Shown here: in pieces, positions 38,250 through 47,556 of the stretch
Layout: every line of letters begins with the position of its first letter
Numbering within the stretch: the first letter of the stretch is position 1
Assembly (NCBI GenBank): GCA_963703315.1
Contig: OY969811.1
Location: 2,784,001 to 2,848,000 of the forward strand
DNA from: an uncultured cyanobacterium
GTDB taxonomy: Bacteria > Cyanobacteriota > Cyanobacteriia > Pseudanabaenales > Pseudanabaenaceae
Reading direction: 5' to 3'
Length of the DNA stretch: 64,000 nt
The notes under the pieces: generated by a model
What the model was told of the DNA's origin: nothing
Databases searched by the model: none
What the model saw: the letters and a program-made list of their open reading frames with translations, nothing else
Program-made: the position numbers and the translations under genes

Positions 38250-39011
38250 CTATTTAATTTCCTGTTTATTTGATCCATTAATTTGTTTTGAAAGATCAGG
38301 AATAGATTTAGGATCAAATCCTAGTCTAATAAAACTGACAGTTTTCATTTGTGTATCGACATAATGAATAAACTGGCTAGGTGTTAATGTCTCAGCAGAA
38401 ATTGTTTGACCTGTTGCTAAATAACTTAAAAACTCATTTCTTAATGCTAAGTAATTGAGATATATTGCTTGGCTAGCTTCAAGGTTATCTTTTTGTTGAA
38501 ATGCTAGAGAGATATTACCGTAGAAAATTAAAATTCCACTTGCCACGATAAATACATTAATAATTGCATTATTAACTCTTTCCCAACCTGACTTACTAAT
38601 AAAGAAAAGGCTAAGAACTGCTATAGCAGTACATGAAACCATCATGGATAGAGAAATATAATATTGCTTATAGAAAAAGCTCATGATTTTTGCGTGTTTC
38701 TCAGATAGTATCTCAATCTGTTTGAGTTGTTCTAGCAATCTGTTTTTTTCAGTTGGTTTAGATTGGCGTATGTTATCGGCAAACTCTAATTTTTCAACGT
38801 TTGTTTTTTCAGGAATATATCCCCAATCTTTCTCCCATAAACTACCAAATAAAAATATTATCAACCACCAAAAAAAAGCAAATGCTATTAGAGAAGATGA
38901 CAAAGCAATATGTCCTGCTATTGTAGGTTGATATCCTTTCTCTTTAGAAATTGCCCACGACAACCATTTAGGAATATGGTGCAGTTCTGTATTTTCTTGA
39001 TCTTGCAACAT
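38250..39011 (-). CDS. Hypothetical 3-TM membrane protein (SLATT-like C-terminal half)
   Basis: AT-rich ORF. Helical region followed by a TM pair and a charged C-terminal helix. Confidence 0.6.
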   Translation of the reverse strand: MLQDQENTELHHIPKWLSWAISKEKGYQPTIAGHIALSSSLIAFAFFWWLIIFLFGSLWEKDWGYIPEKTNVEKLEFADNIRQSKPTEKNRLLEQLKQIEILSEKHAKIMSFFYKQYYISLSMMVSCTAIAVLSLFFISKSGWERVNNAIINVFIVASGILIFYGNISLAFQQKDNLEASQAIYLNYLALRNEFLSYLATGQTISAETLTPSQFIHYVDTQMKTVSFIRLGFDPKSIPDLSKQINGSNKQEIK

Positions 39012-39294
39012 GACACAACCTCTTGCAACATGAAACATCCTTTTTATCGTTAATTTTCAATTAACATATCAGTACTTAATTGAAAATTTAATGATTTAGA
39101 ATATAAACTTATTCTTATCTCTAAGAAAACATAATATCGTTATTTTACAAATAGTTTGTTTTGCGATCACATTTTGTAATACCTAGTAAATTAAGTCTAA
39201 CTCTAGGTTGGAAAACGAGAAGCATAAGTTAATAAGAGGGATAATTTCGTTGAATCTATCTCATTTTTAATGTATGAATTGCTAAATTTATGAG

Positions 39295-39317
39295 TATAAT
39301 TTTGAAAACGATTATCA
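39295..39317 (+). promoter_or_regulatory. -10 box (TATAAT) followed by a Zur/Fur-type 7-1-7 box
   Basis: TATAAT at 39295-39300, then TGAAAAC-G-ATTATCA at 39303-39317 versus consensus TGATAAT-N-ATTATCA. Lies 15 nt before a metal ABC ATPase. Confidence 0.7.
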
Positions 39318-39332
39318 TTTCTTGAGCAATTT

Positions 39333-40082
39333 ATGCTTGAAGTGCAGAACCTATCGGTGCGATATCGCGAAGTCACCGCCCTGTCGAATATTTCCTTTAG
39401 CCTTGATTCTGGCTCACTTGTTGGCTTAATTGGTGCTAATGGGGCAGGTAAAAGCACTTTACTCAAAGCCATGCTCGAATTGATTCCTACCCAAAGCGGT
39501 CAAGTCTTTTATAACGAACGACCTCTCAAGCAGCAACGCCAAAAAGTCGCCTATCTCCCACAGCGATCGCAGATTGACTGGGACTATCCTGTGACTGTGT
39601 GGAATGTGGTGATGATGTCGCGCACAATGCATACTGGTTGGCTCGGCAAAACGAGCCGTCAATCTCAGGAAATTGTGCGAGAAGTATTAGAGCGTGTTGA
39701 ACTGTACGAATTACGCGATCGTCCGATTAAAAATCTTTCTGGGGGACAGCAGCAACGGGTATTTCTGGCGCGGGCTTTGGCGCAACAGGCGGATATTTTG
39801 TTATTAGATGAGCCTTTGACTGCCGTTGACAAAAAGACGGAAGCGTTAATGTGGCAAATTTATAATGAATTAAGGCAAGAAGGTAAAACCCTGCTGATTA
39901 GCTGCCATGAATGGGGCGATACCCTCGATCGCTATGACCAGCTATTACTACTCAATCGTCATTTAGTCGCCAGTGGCACACCTCGACAAGTTTTGACGAC
40001 TGCCAATCTTCAGAGTGCCTACGGCGGATCTGTGGAGAGTCGAGAGCATAGCGATCATTCTGAAGAATTACTATTTTGCTAA
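39333..40082 (+). CDS. Zn/Mn ABC transporter ATP-binding protein (ZnuC/MntA-like)
   Basis: GANGAGKST, YLPQRSQIDWDYP, LSGGQQQR, LLDEP. Confidence 0.92.
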   Translation: MLEVQNLSVRYREVTALSNISFSLDSGSLVGLIGANGAGKSTLLKAMLELIPTQSGQVFYNERPLKQQRQKVAYLPQRSQIDWDYPVTVWNVVMMSRTMHTGWLGKTSRQSQEIVREVLERVELYELRDRPIKNLSGGQQQRVFLARALAQQADILLLDEPLTAVDKKTEALMWQIYNELRQEGKTLLISCHEWGDTLDRYDQLLLLNRHLVASGTPRQVLTTANLQSAYGGSVESREHSDHSEELLFC

Positions 40083-40097
40083 ATCCCCTCAAATTAA

Positions 40098-40517
40098 ATG
40101 CTCCAAATTACTAAATACTCAGCGATCGCTCTTGAAGAAATTAGTATTACTGCGATTCGTTCACAGGGTGCTGGTGGTCAAAATGTCAATAAAGTCTCAA
40201 CCGCAATTCATCTGCGTTTTGATATTAATGCTTCTTCCCTTTCGCCTATTTATAAAGAACGGCTACTGAATTTAAGCGATCGGCGCATTACGAAGGATGG
40301 CATCATCATCATCAAGGCGCAACAGCATCGGACGCAGGAGCAAAATAAGGAAGATGCCCTTAAGCGTCTGCAAAGTTTAATCCAAAGTGTGACGGTAGTA
40401 TTGCCTAAGCGCAAACCGACAAAACCTTCACGCAGCGCTCAAAATCGACGAATTGACAATAAGACTAAACGGGGCGAGATTAAGGCATTAAGGGGCAATA
40501 TTAATGATTTAGGATAA
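40098..40517 (+). CDS. arfB: Alternative ribosome rescue peptidyl-tRNA hydrolase
   Basis: GAGGQNVNKV (GGQ motif), RTQEQN, basic tail KRKPTKPSR. Confidence 0.95.
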   Translation: MLQITKYSAIALEEISITAIRSQGAGGQNVNKVSTAIHLRFDINASSLSPIYKERLLNLSDRRITKDGIIIIKAQQHRTQEQNKEDALKRLQSLIQSVTVVLPKRKPTKPSRSAQNRRIDNKTKRGEIKALRGNINDLG

Positions 40518-40555
40518 ATTCAAGCAAATAGTCTGAGATCAACCAGAGAAAAGTT

Positions 40556-40657
40556 ATGGCTAAGACTTTTACGATTACGCTTCCAGACAATTTGGAAGAA
40601 GAGTTAACGGCTCAAGGATTTCAACAGTTTCATGGGATTGAAATCGCTATACTTTAA
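40556..40657 (+). pseudogene. Collapsed TA remnant (antitoxin N-terminus fused to PIN-like C-terminus)
   Basis: MAKTFTITLPDNLEEELTAQ (RHH-like start) is joined to GFQQFHGIEIAIL*. Confidence 0.4.
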
Positions 40658-40696
40658 ATATTCCATTGCTGTCAGTGCGATCGCATTGTTTGAGCT

Positions 40697-41458
40697 ATGA
40701 CACCAACTGTTACTCCTTCTCTTAAGTCTGTTCAACAAATTACCAAAACTCAAGAAATACAAAAAGAAATATTTTATCCTTCTGAGGATGGTGAACCTTT
40801 GGCAGAGACTTCTGTTCATGCTGATGCAATCATTGCGACCGTTGCCGTTTTACGAAATTATTTAGCAGAAAAGTTTGCAGAGCGATCGCCTGTTGTCCTT
40901 GCCGATCAATTTTTGTATTACGCGCAGGGATTTTCTAGATTGCGAGTTGCGCCTGATGTAATGGTGATTTTTGATATTCCGCAGCAGCCCTACGACAATT
41001 ACAAAATTTGGGAAACAGGCAAAATACCCAGCATAATTTTTGAGATAACTTCAGAAAGTACGCAAGCCCATGACCAAGCTAAAAAAAGAGAGCTTTACGA
41101 AAGCATTGGGGTTTTGGAATATTGGCTATTCGATCCAAAAGGTGAATGGATTCCCGAAAAATTGCGAGGCTATCGTCGTCAAGCTAATCTGCCCAAAAAT
41201 GAGGAAGAATCTTTGGTTTATGAAGCGATCGCTGATGGTTTGAGTCAAGTTTTAGGATTACGTCTCGAAGTCGAAGGCTCTCTAATCGGTTTCTATCGTC
41301 AGGACAATGGTGAAAAATTACTGATTCCCAGCGAGCTATTTGCAGCGTGGCAAGAAGAAATCCAACGGGCTGATTTGGCGGAGGAACGGGTTAAAGTTGC
41401 GGAACTGGAGGCTCAAAAATTGCGCGATCGCTTAGCTGCATTAGGTGTCGAACCATAA
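40697..41458 (+). CDS. Uma2-family PD-(D/E)xK endonuclease-like protein
   Basis: YPSEDGEPLAET, VAPDVMV, FEITSEST, GVLEYWLFDP, coiled-coil tail. Confidence 0.92.
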   Translation: MTPTVTPSLKSVQQITKTQEIQKEIFYPSEDGEPLAETSVHADAIIATVAVLRNYLAEKFAERSPVVLADQFLYYAQGFSRLRVAPDVMVIFDIPQQPYDNYKIWETGKIPSIIFEITSESTQAHDQAKKRELYESIGVLEYWLFDPKGEWIPEKLRGYRRQANLPKNEEESLVYEAIADGLSQVLGLRLEVEGSLIGFYRQDNGEKLLIPSELFAAWQEEIQRADLAEERVKVAELEAQKLRDRLAALGVEP

Positions 41459-41482
41459 ATGATTTAATCACCATATACCACC

Positions 41483-41667
41483 TGTAGGGGTTTAGCATTT
41501 GCGCCACTATTTTCAAACTCATCACGAAAATCTCGCTCCGCAAATGCTAAACCCTCTTCGCTTACACCGATAAATTGTCCCTGCATTGTGAGGTTTAGGG
41601 CATAGCATTCCCATAGGTTGGGAATCTGAGAATTTATAAATTTCTGCGGGAATGCTATACCCCTACA
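41483..41667. repeat. Tandem pair of REP-like hairpins (GTAGGG...CCCCTAC type)
   Basis: gggtttagcatttgcg/cgcaaatgctaaaccc and tagggcatagcattccc/gggaatgctatacccctaca. Outer ends are tgtagggg and cccctaca. Confidence 0.75.
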
Positions 41668-41711
41668 GCTATTTATCGTAAAATCAATCTAAAAATCTGG
41701 GAATAGCTGCT

Positions 41712-41763
41712 ATGACCTCTACGGCGAAAAACTTTGCTGGTCAAAATTTGCGAGGGCGATCGC
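41712..41763 (+). pseudogene. N-terminal stub of a pentapeptide-repeat protein gene, cut at a HIP1 site
   Basis: MTSTAKNFAGQNLRGRS. The GQNLRGRS(F) start is typical of cyanobacterial pentapeptide proteins. Similarity stops at GCGATCGC. Confidence 0.5.
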
Positions 41764-41809
41764 TGCATCGTATATTAAGGCAGCAAACATTTAGCGAGAG
41801 ATAATCGAT

Positions 41810-42220
41810 ATGACCCAGCCCTCTCAGCAAGATCCAAATCTTTCAGGGCTAACAACAAAGACTGGCAAGTTTACAGAGCGATTATTACTGAATATTTCAG
41901 AGCCATTAGATCTTTTAGGGCAGGGCTTAATGGGATCTCTATGGAGAACTGTTTATCTCTCAATCCAAGATGCGATCGCTCTCGGTGTGTTATTAAAGCT
42001 TCCTAGCTTGCTTGGTCATATCATTATCGGTAAAGACTTCGCTAGTTTTGATGTATGCCTACAAGAAAACGCATTGGGTGTATCGCGTTATGCTTGTTTT
42101 ATAATAATTACAGCAGATTTTTGCCTGTGGATTGTATTAGCTGGACGAATAATCAGTCGATTTTGGGATGATCTACTCGAATTAACGAGAGGTAATGGGC
42201 ATGGCTCTAATAAACCGTAG
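41810..42220 (+). CDS. Hypothetical membrane protein
   Basis: 136-aa ORF with two hydrophobic segments, overlapping the next gene. Confidence 0.65.
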   Translation: MTQPSQQDPNLSGLTTKTGKFTERLLLNISEPLDLLGQGLMGSLWRTVYLSIQDAIALGVLLKLPSLLGHIIIGKDFASFDVCLQENALGVSRYACFIIITADFCLWIVLAGRIISRFWDDLLELTRGNGHGSNKP

Positions 42221-43012
42221 AAAAGTAAGTCTCTATGAAGAAGCTAAAAATGGGCTTAGTTCTTTAATTGGGCAAACGGCTACTGTATTTGTCTGCTTTA
42301 TTGTCATGCTATTGCTTACAGGTGGTAATCCATCTGGTTTTGCCATAACCATAACTTTTATTTTAGGTATTGCTTTTGTCGCTTGGCGTGAACAGAGTCG
42401 AGTTACAAAATTACGGAAAGATTCTAACGGCTCGCTGGATGCTATCAATAAAAGAATGCGACCACAAAAGAGGAATAGAGATCTTCGTGTAATACAAGTT
42501 AATGAAGATGGAGATTCTGTTGTAATTGGCAGCTACCTTGACAAAAGAAATAATAATTTTAGTGTTGACATTGCCAAGAGTATTGCTTCTAACCAATCGA
42601 GATATAAAAATTACATTGCAGTGCCAACAAAAATCTTTACTGAGCAAAACCTCACAGGCAGAACTTTTAAATTAGTTGTAGCAAAGTCTTCAGACCTGAG
42701 TCTGAACGACTCATACAGTATAGATTCAAATAGTACAGACACAGTTTTGAAACAGGTAAGTACTTCTTCTACTATTAAGACAAGATTATTTGAACTTAGA
42801 ACCGCAATTATTGAACACGAAAATCTTACGGACAAAAGTAAAGCCGATGCTATTGGATATTTAGAAGCTATTGCCGAAATTTCGTTGCAGCAAAATGAAA
42901 CAGCAAGTTGAATATTACCAGCAAAGCAATCCGAGCCTTAAAACGCATCATCGACAACATTCCTGCCATTAGCAAAATCGTCGAAACCATCAGCAGAGGT
43001 TTCGGTGCATAA
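42195..43012 (+). pseudogene. Hypothetical 2-TM protein with helical C-terminal domain; frameshift near 42905
   Basis: The ORF stops at 42911, but the -1 frame continues LNITSKAIRALKRIIDNIPAISKIVETISRGFGA* to 43012, completing a pentapeptide-protein-type C-terminal domain. Confidence 0.55.
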
Positions 43013-43079
43013 ACGATCGCCTCTCGCAGATCGATCGCGCTATTATTAACGGGAGTTCAAGCAGCGATGGAAAAACATT

Positions 43080-44057
43080 ATGGACTTATTTTTTAGCTTT
43101 GCGATCGGTGCAGGTATCTTCTTTGGCATCGGCAGTTCCTCATTTAAAATCGTTAACCAAGGCGAAGAGGCACTAGTAGCATCCTTTGGTAAATACAAAC
43201 GTAAACTGCCTGCGGGTCCGCACTTTATCTTGCCCTTTATTGATACCGTCAGCTACAAAGGCTCAATCAAAGAGCAGGTACTAGATATTCCACCGCAACA
43301 ATGTATTACTCGCGATAACGTGTCCATTACCGCCGATGCAGTGGTTTACTGGCGCGTAGTTGACATGGAAAAAGCCTTCTACCGAGTGGAAAATTTACGT
43401 CAAGCGATGGCAAATATTGTCTTGACTCAGATTCGCGCCGAACTAGGTAGTTTAGAGCTTGACGAAACTTTCACTGCCAGAAATAAAATTAATGAAGTTC
43501 TGTTACGGGATTTAGATGATGCTACTGATCCTTGGGGGGTGAAGGTAACAAGGGTGGAGTTGCGCGACATCTTACCTGCTAAAGCTGTGCAGGAAGCTAT
43601 GGAAATGCAAATGACTGCGGAGCGTAGAAAAAGGGCGGCAATTCTCAATTCTGAGGGTGAGCGCGAGGCAGCAGTTAATCAGGCGAAGGGCTTAGCGGAG
43701 TCGCAGTTACTAAATGCAGAGGCTTCACAAAAGTCTGCCATTTTAGAGGCGGAAGGTCAAAAGCAATCGCGAATTTTGCGGGCAGAGGCGGAACGGCAAG
43801 AGCAAGTACTCAAAGCGCAAGGTACATCTCAGGCGATGCAAGTATTACTACAATCGATGAAGGGCAATCCCCAGTCTCAGGAAGCACTGCAATTTTTGTT
43901 AGCTCAGAGCTATCTCTCAATGGCTACAACGATCGGTTCGAGTGGCAGTAGCAAAGTAATGTTTATGGATCCGCGATCGCTACCTTCGACCTTAGAAGGA
44001 CTCAAATCAATTGTTGATGTCCCAGAAATCGGTGATGCAAAAGATTGGGGCAAATAA
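43080..44057 (+). CDS. SPFH/Band 7 (stomatin-like) protein
   Basis: [40 protein letters not shown]. Confidence 0.95.
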   Translation: MDLFFSFAIGAGIFFGIGSSSFKIVNQGEEALVASFGKYKRKLPAGPHFILPFIDTVSYKGSIKEQVLDIPPQQCITRDNVSITADAVVYWRVVDMEKAFYRVENLRQAMANIVLTQIRAELGSLELDETFTARNKINEVLLRDLDDATDPWGVKVTRVELRDILPAKAVQEAMEMQMTAERRKRAAILNSEGEREAAVNQAKGLAESQLLNAEASQKSAILEAEGQKQSRILRAEAERQEQVLKAQGTSQAMQVLLQSMKGNPQSQEALQFLLAQSYLSMATTIGSSGSSKVMFMDPRSLPSTLEGLKSIVDVPEIGDAKDWGK

Positions 44058-44111
44058 AAATAAAAAATAAAAAGGGGGCGCTTCGCGCCCCCTTTTTATT
44101 TTTTATTTTTA
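44055..44111. terminator. Perfect palindromic bidirectional terminator
   Basis: taaaaataaaaaataaaaagggggcgc-ttc-gcgccccctttttattttttattttta between convergent stop codons. Confidence 0.88.
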
Positions 44112-45047
44112 TACAGATGGACTGATGGGAATACGTTTAAGCAAATGATATTTGCAACCTGCGGCAAGAATATGTACGCGCAAATTGTGGATGGTTAATG
44201 GTGCTGAGCCACTCACCCACAGTTGGTTGCTATAGGAAACCTCACCAGGATCGACGACAGTAACCGTGCCACGTCCCAAAACCCGTAGGGTGTTGTTTGG
44301 TTCAAAGATGGCTACGGTGTCCTCATCAATACCGATGCCAATTTTGTCGGGATGCGCCGCGATCGCTGTCATCAGACGTGCCATGCGATTGCGGTTATGA
44401 AAATGCTGATCGACAATAATTTCTGGCAAGATATTCAAGCCCGTACTCATATTGACTAGTTCCTTATGGGGTGACTCGCCACTACTACCACCAGAAATCA
44501 TGTGATAGCCCATAGCCGCCGCACCCGCACTTGTACCAGCAAGCACTAAGCGTTTCTGCGTAATTCGCTTCGCGATCGTAATCGCAAAAGGGGTGTCGGC
44601 AATCAGAGCGCAAAGGCGCAGTTGATCACCACCAGTCATAAATATGCCTGTAAATCGATCTACTAGAGCTTCGGCTTCAGGATAGTCTTGGTGAGGACGT
44701 TCACGAATATCTAACACCTCGACAGCTTTTGCACCTAGCTCGGTGAAAATATCCAGATAAATGCGTCCGATAATGTCGGGTTCTCTTGAGGCACATGGAA
44801 TTATGGCAATACTAGCCTGGGAACCACCAGAGCTTTCTACAAAGGCTTTGAGAATTTTACGGTCTTGGACTTTATCCTCTCCACCACCAATTACCATTAC
44901 CGCCGATTTAATAATTTGAGTCATGCCCCTATCTATCGCCACATCTTCGTCTAAGTTCAGCATATTAGCAGATTGGTCAACAAATTTCTTTAGACGATTG
45001 ATTAGGTCACCGCCTTGACTCGTGTTTCGCTCTTGCTGACTCGCCAA
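44109..45047 (-). CDS. cphB: Cyanophycinase
   Basis: IGGGEDK, FMTGGDQLRL, GTSAGAAAM, DQHFHNRNRMARL, GIDEDT. Confidence 0.96.
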   Translation of the reverse strand: MASQQERNTSQGGDLINRLKKFVDQSANMLNLDEDVAIDRGMTQIIKSAVMVIGGGEDKVQDRKILKAFVESSGGSQASIAIIPCASREPDIIGRIYLDIFTELGAKAVEVLDIRERPHQDYPEAEALVDRFTGIFMTGGDQLRLCALIADTPFAITIAKRITQKRLVLAGTSAGAAAMGYHMISGGSSGESPHKELVNMSTGLNILPEIIVDQHFHNRNRMARLMTAIAAHPDKIGIGIDEDTVAIFEPNNTLRVLGRGTVTVVDPGEVSYSNQLWVSGSAPLTIHNLRVHILAAGCKYHLLKRIPISPSV

Positions 45048-45155
45048 TGGTTTGAATGACCTCCATTGTGATGCTTAAATGGCTAGCAACGGTTATACAT
45101 AATATATAACTAAATTGTATAGCTTTTATGTTGTTAAAGACTAATTTTTAAAGCA

Positions 45156-45193
45156 AAAAAATTGAGAGGATGCTTTGCATCCTCTCAATTTTT
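45156..45193. terminator. Hairpin terminator
   Basis: aaaaattgagaggatgc-ttt-gcatcctctcaattttt. Confidence 0.75.
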
Positions 45194-45200
45194 GTTTTTA

Positions 45201-45428
45201 TTAATCATTTTGCCAACACTCACGGCTGACTAAATCACAAATGCGATCGCGTAGTAAGTATTGATTTTCCTCTAATTCTCGTTCAATCTGACACCACTCG
45301 CGATCGCAAAAGAACCTACAAAGGGTATGAATCGGTTGACTACGGGTGAGTCTTCCACTTTCAAGTAGATATCTTGCTTCGTCTTGAATAGCACCAATGG
45401 AATAATAAAGTGATTGCAACATAACCAA
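45201..45428 (-). CDS. DUF4327-family protein
   Basis: YSIGAIQDEAR.L...G...R.QPI..L...REW..IE.ELE...LLRDRI.DL...W..D. Confidence 0.85.
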   Translation of the reverse strand: MVMLQSLYYSIGAIQDEARYLLESGRLTRSQPIHTLCRFFCDREWCQIERELEENQYLLRDRICDLVSRECWQND

Positions 45429-45508
45429 ACTCTCTATGTAGGTTTTTTGCTAAAAAAGTCATTGATTTGTGGTCAGTGACTTAAATTTATTTAACGATGA
45501 TTTATGTT

Positions 45509-45524
45509 TGTATTTAAAAATACA
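45509..45524. promoter_or_regulatory. Candidate NtcA box
   Basis: TGTA-TTTAAAAA-TACA (GTA-N8-TAC), upstream of DUF4327 and cphB on the minus strand. Confidence 0.55.
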
Positions 45525-45665
45525 GACTGCAATATATCTTCCCATGTGATTTTCGATACGCTACAAAACTAAATGAAACTCAAAGGAACAATATATTTCT
45601 TTATGCTCTTAGGGATTAATAGCAAAGCGCAAAATGGCGTAGCTAACTCTTGCTGTATAAACCCT

Positions 45666-45704
45666 AGAAGGGAGTAACGGCGCTTCGCGCCGCCACTCCC
45701 TTCT
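45666..45704. repeat. REP-like palindrome
   Basis: agaagggagtaacggcgc-ttc-gcgccgccactcccttct. Confidence 0.8.
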
Positions 45705-45716
45705 GGTTGCAAAACT

Positions 45717-46673
45717 TTAAACTTTTTGGACAAAGTTTCTGCCCAGCAGACCTTGGGGGCGCACAAGTAAGACGATGAAAAGTAGCGCAAAGGCAACCGC
45801 ATCTTTGTAAGCAGATTGATCGGACGGGACAAAGGATTCGGCTAGACCTAAAACGATCCCGCCCACTACAGCCCCAGGGATATTTCCTAGACCACCCAAA
45901 ACGATTACCGCTAGTCCTTTTAACCCAAAACCAATACCAAAATAAGGTCCTGCAATACTGACGCTAGAACCAACTAGAGTTCCTGCGAGTCCACCTAAAA
46001 ACCCTGATACAAAAAAGGTGAGCAGAATAAAAAAGTCAGTATTGATCCCCAACAGACTAGAAGTAGTGGCATCTTCGGCGACGGCTTTCATCGCTTTACC
46101 CAGCTTGGTAAAATTAATCGCGTAAGTGAGGAATGTTAAAATTACGCCTGATACGCTAAAAATAACGATCTGGACAGTGCGAATGGCGATCGGTTTATCG
46201 ATAGTGCCGAAGTTAATCGCGGGTGGTAAGCTGCCGTAAATATTGGCAGGGAAGTTATAACTTTCCGCGCCAACGAGATATTGAATGATATTCACGATCG
46301 CCACTGCCACCCCCAAACTGGAAACTAGGGTAAGTAATGGATCAGCTTTGCGATCGCGCAGAGGTCGGAACGCAATCCGCTCGATCAATACGCTCACAAC
46401 TCCTGCAAGGATACTACTCACAAAAATGGCAACAAAAAACGGTAAATGGAGTTCTTTAGGTAAAGATAGATTGGCTAAAAGTCCATTAAACCCAAATGCA
46501 CCGCCACAGAGAAAGTAGGTAAAATAGGCTCCGAGGGTAAACACTGCACCATGAGCAAAGTTAATGATGCCTAAAATTGAGAATACAAGGGTATAACCGA
46601 GGGCAAAAATGGCGTAGACACTGCCAATTGATAAGCCATTTAAAAACTGCTGCAAAAATACCGAAAAGTCCAT
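45717..46673 (-). CDS. livH: Branched-chain amino acid ABC transporter permease (LivH-like)
   Basis: QQFLNGLSIGSVYAIFALGYTLVF..INFAHG, GKAMKAVAED, VLGGLGNIPGA, LVRPQGLLG. Start is ATG 46673. Confidence 0.9.
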   Translation of the reverse strand: MDFSVFLQQFLNGLSIGSVYAIFALGYTLVFSILGIINFAHGAVFTLGAYFTYFLCGGAFGFNGLLANLSLPKELHLPFFVAIFVSSILAGVVSVLIERIAFRPLRDRKADPLLTLVSSLGVAVAIVNIIQYLVGAESYNFPANIYGSLPPAINFGTIDKPIAIRTVQIVIFSVSGVILTFLTYAINFTKLGKAMKAVAEDATTSSLLGINTDFFILLTFFVSGFLGGLAGTLVGSSVSIAGPYFGIGFGLKGLAVIVLGGLGNIPGAVVGGIVLGLAESFVPSDQSAYKDAVAFALLFIVLLVRPQGLLGRNFVQKV

Positions 46674-46674
46674 A

Positions 46675-47415
46675 ATGAGTTTTTTAAAAGATTTTACACT
46701 TGCATCAACAATTACATTGACAGGATTAGCGATCGCGGTCACAATCACGCCGCCACCCTCAGCGATCGCTACCCTCAGCCGTCCTCACCCTCAGCAAAAC
46801 CCCGAACAAAACTTAGTTGCAACGGCTGGAACATCTCAAGTCATCGCCCTCCCAGACACAGGCGCACAAAATGACGGCTGGAGTTGTGGTCCCAATTCGG
46901 CAGCGCGGATATTGCGCTATTACGGTCATGATGTGGACTATGCAATGGTGCGGTCTGCTACGGACAAGAAGCTATTTTTGCCGCAAAAAATCCAAAATCC
47001 TTTTAATAATCAATGGATTGAGGTGCGAACAGGTACACCACCCCAAACTTTGCAGCAGGTGATGCAGCGATGGGAAGGTGATCGCGTGAAGAAATCGCCT
47101 CAGACTAGTTTTAAGCGGCTCATTAATCTCGTGCGATCAGGTAAACCTGCGATCGCCTTAATTCGGGTTGGCAGTTTGAAGATTCCCTATGTCGGCTCGA
47201 TTCCCTATTTACATTGGATTGCAATAACAGGAGTTGATTCCCAACGTCAACAAATCTATTACACAGATACGAATAGTCAAGAATATTCACTGTCCTATCA
47301 GGACTTTCAAGCAAAGTGGGATTTGGGATTGAATAAAGATGTAAGCAGTGCGATCGCCAGTGTTCTCAAAAGTAATGGAGTAGAAGCAAGAACCATCGTT
47401 TGGGTGGATCGCTAA
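46675..47415 (+). CDS. Secreted C39-like (papain-fold) cysteine peptidase
   Basis: Signal-like N-terminus, QNDGWSCGPNSA (Cys), HWIAITG (His), YTDT (Asp). Confidence 0.8.
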   Translation: MSFLKDFTLASTITLTGLAIAVTITPPPSAIATLSRPHPQQNPEQNLVATAGTSQVIALPDTGAQNDGWSCGPNSAARILRYYGHDVDYAMVRSATDKKLFLPQKIQNPFNNQWIEVRTGTPPQTLQQVMQRWEGDRVKKSPQTSFKRLINLVRSGKPAIALIRVGSLKIPYVGSIPYLHWIAITGVDSQRQQIYYTDTNSQEYSLSYQDFQAKWDLGLNKDVSSAIASVLKSNGVEARTIVWVDR

Positions 47416-47556
47416 AGTCAGCATTAAATCAACTCATACATCTAAGACGCGCTCCAATAGGTCGAGAATTCCGTTTGTTATCGCCACTTCAATAGATAAA
47501 TAGTTCACAATTAGTTTATAGTAGTCGTATTACTCGAAAATTTCATATAGTCCTGT

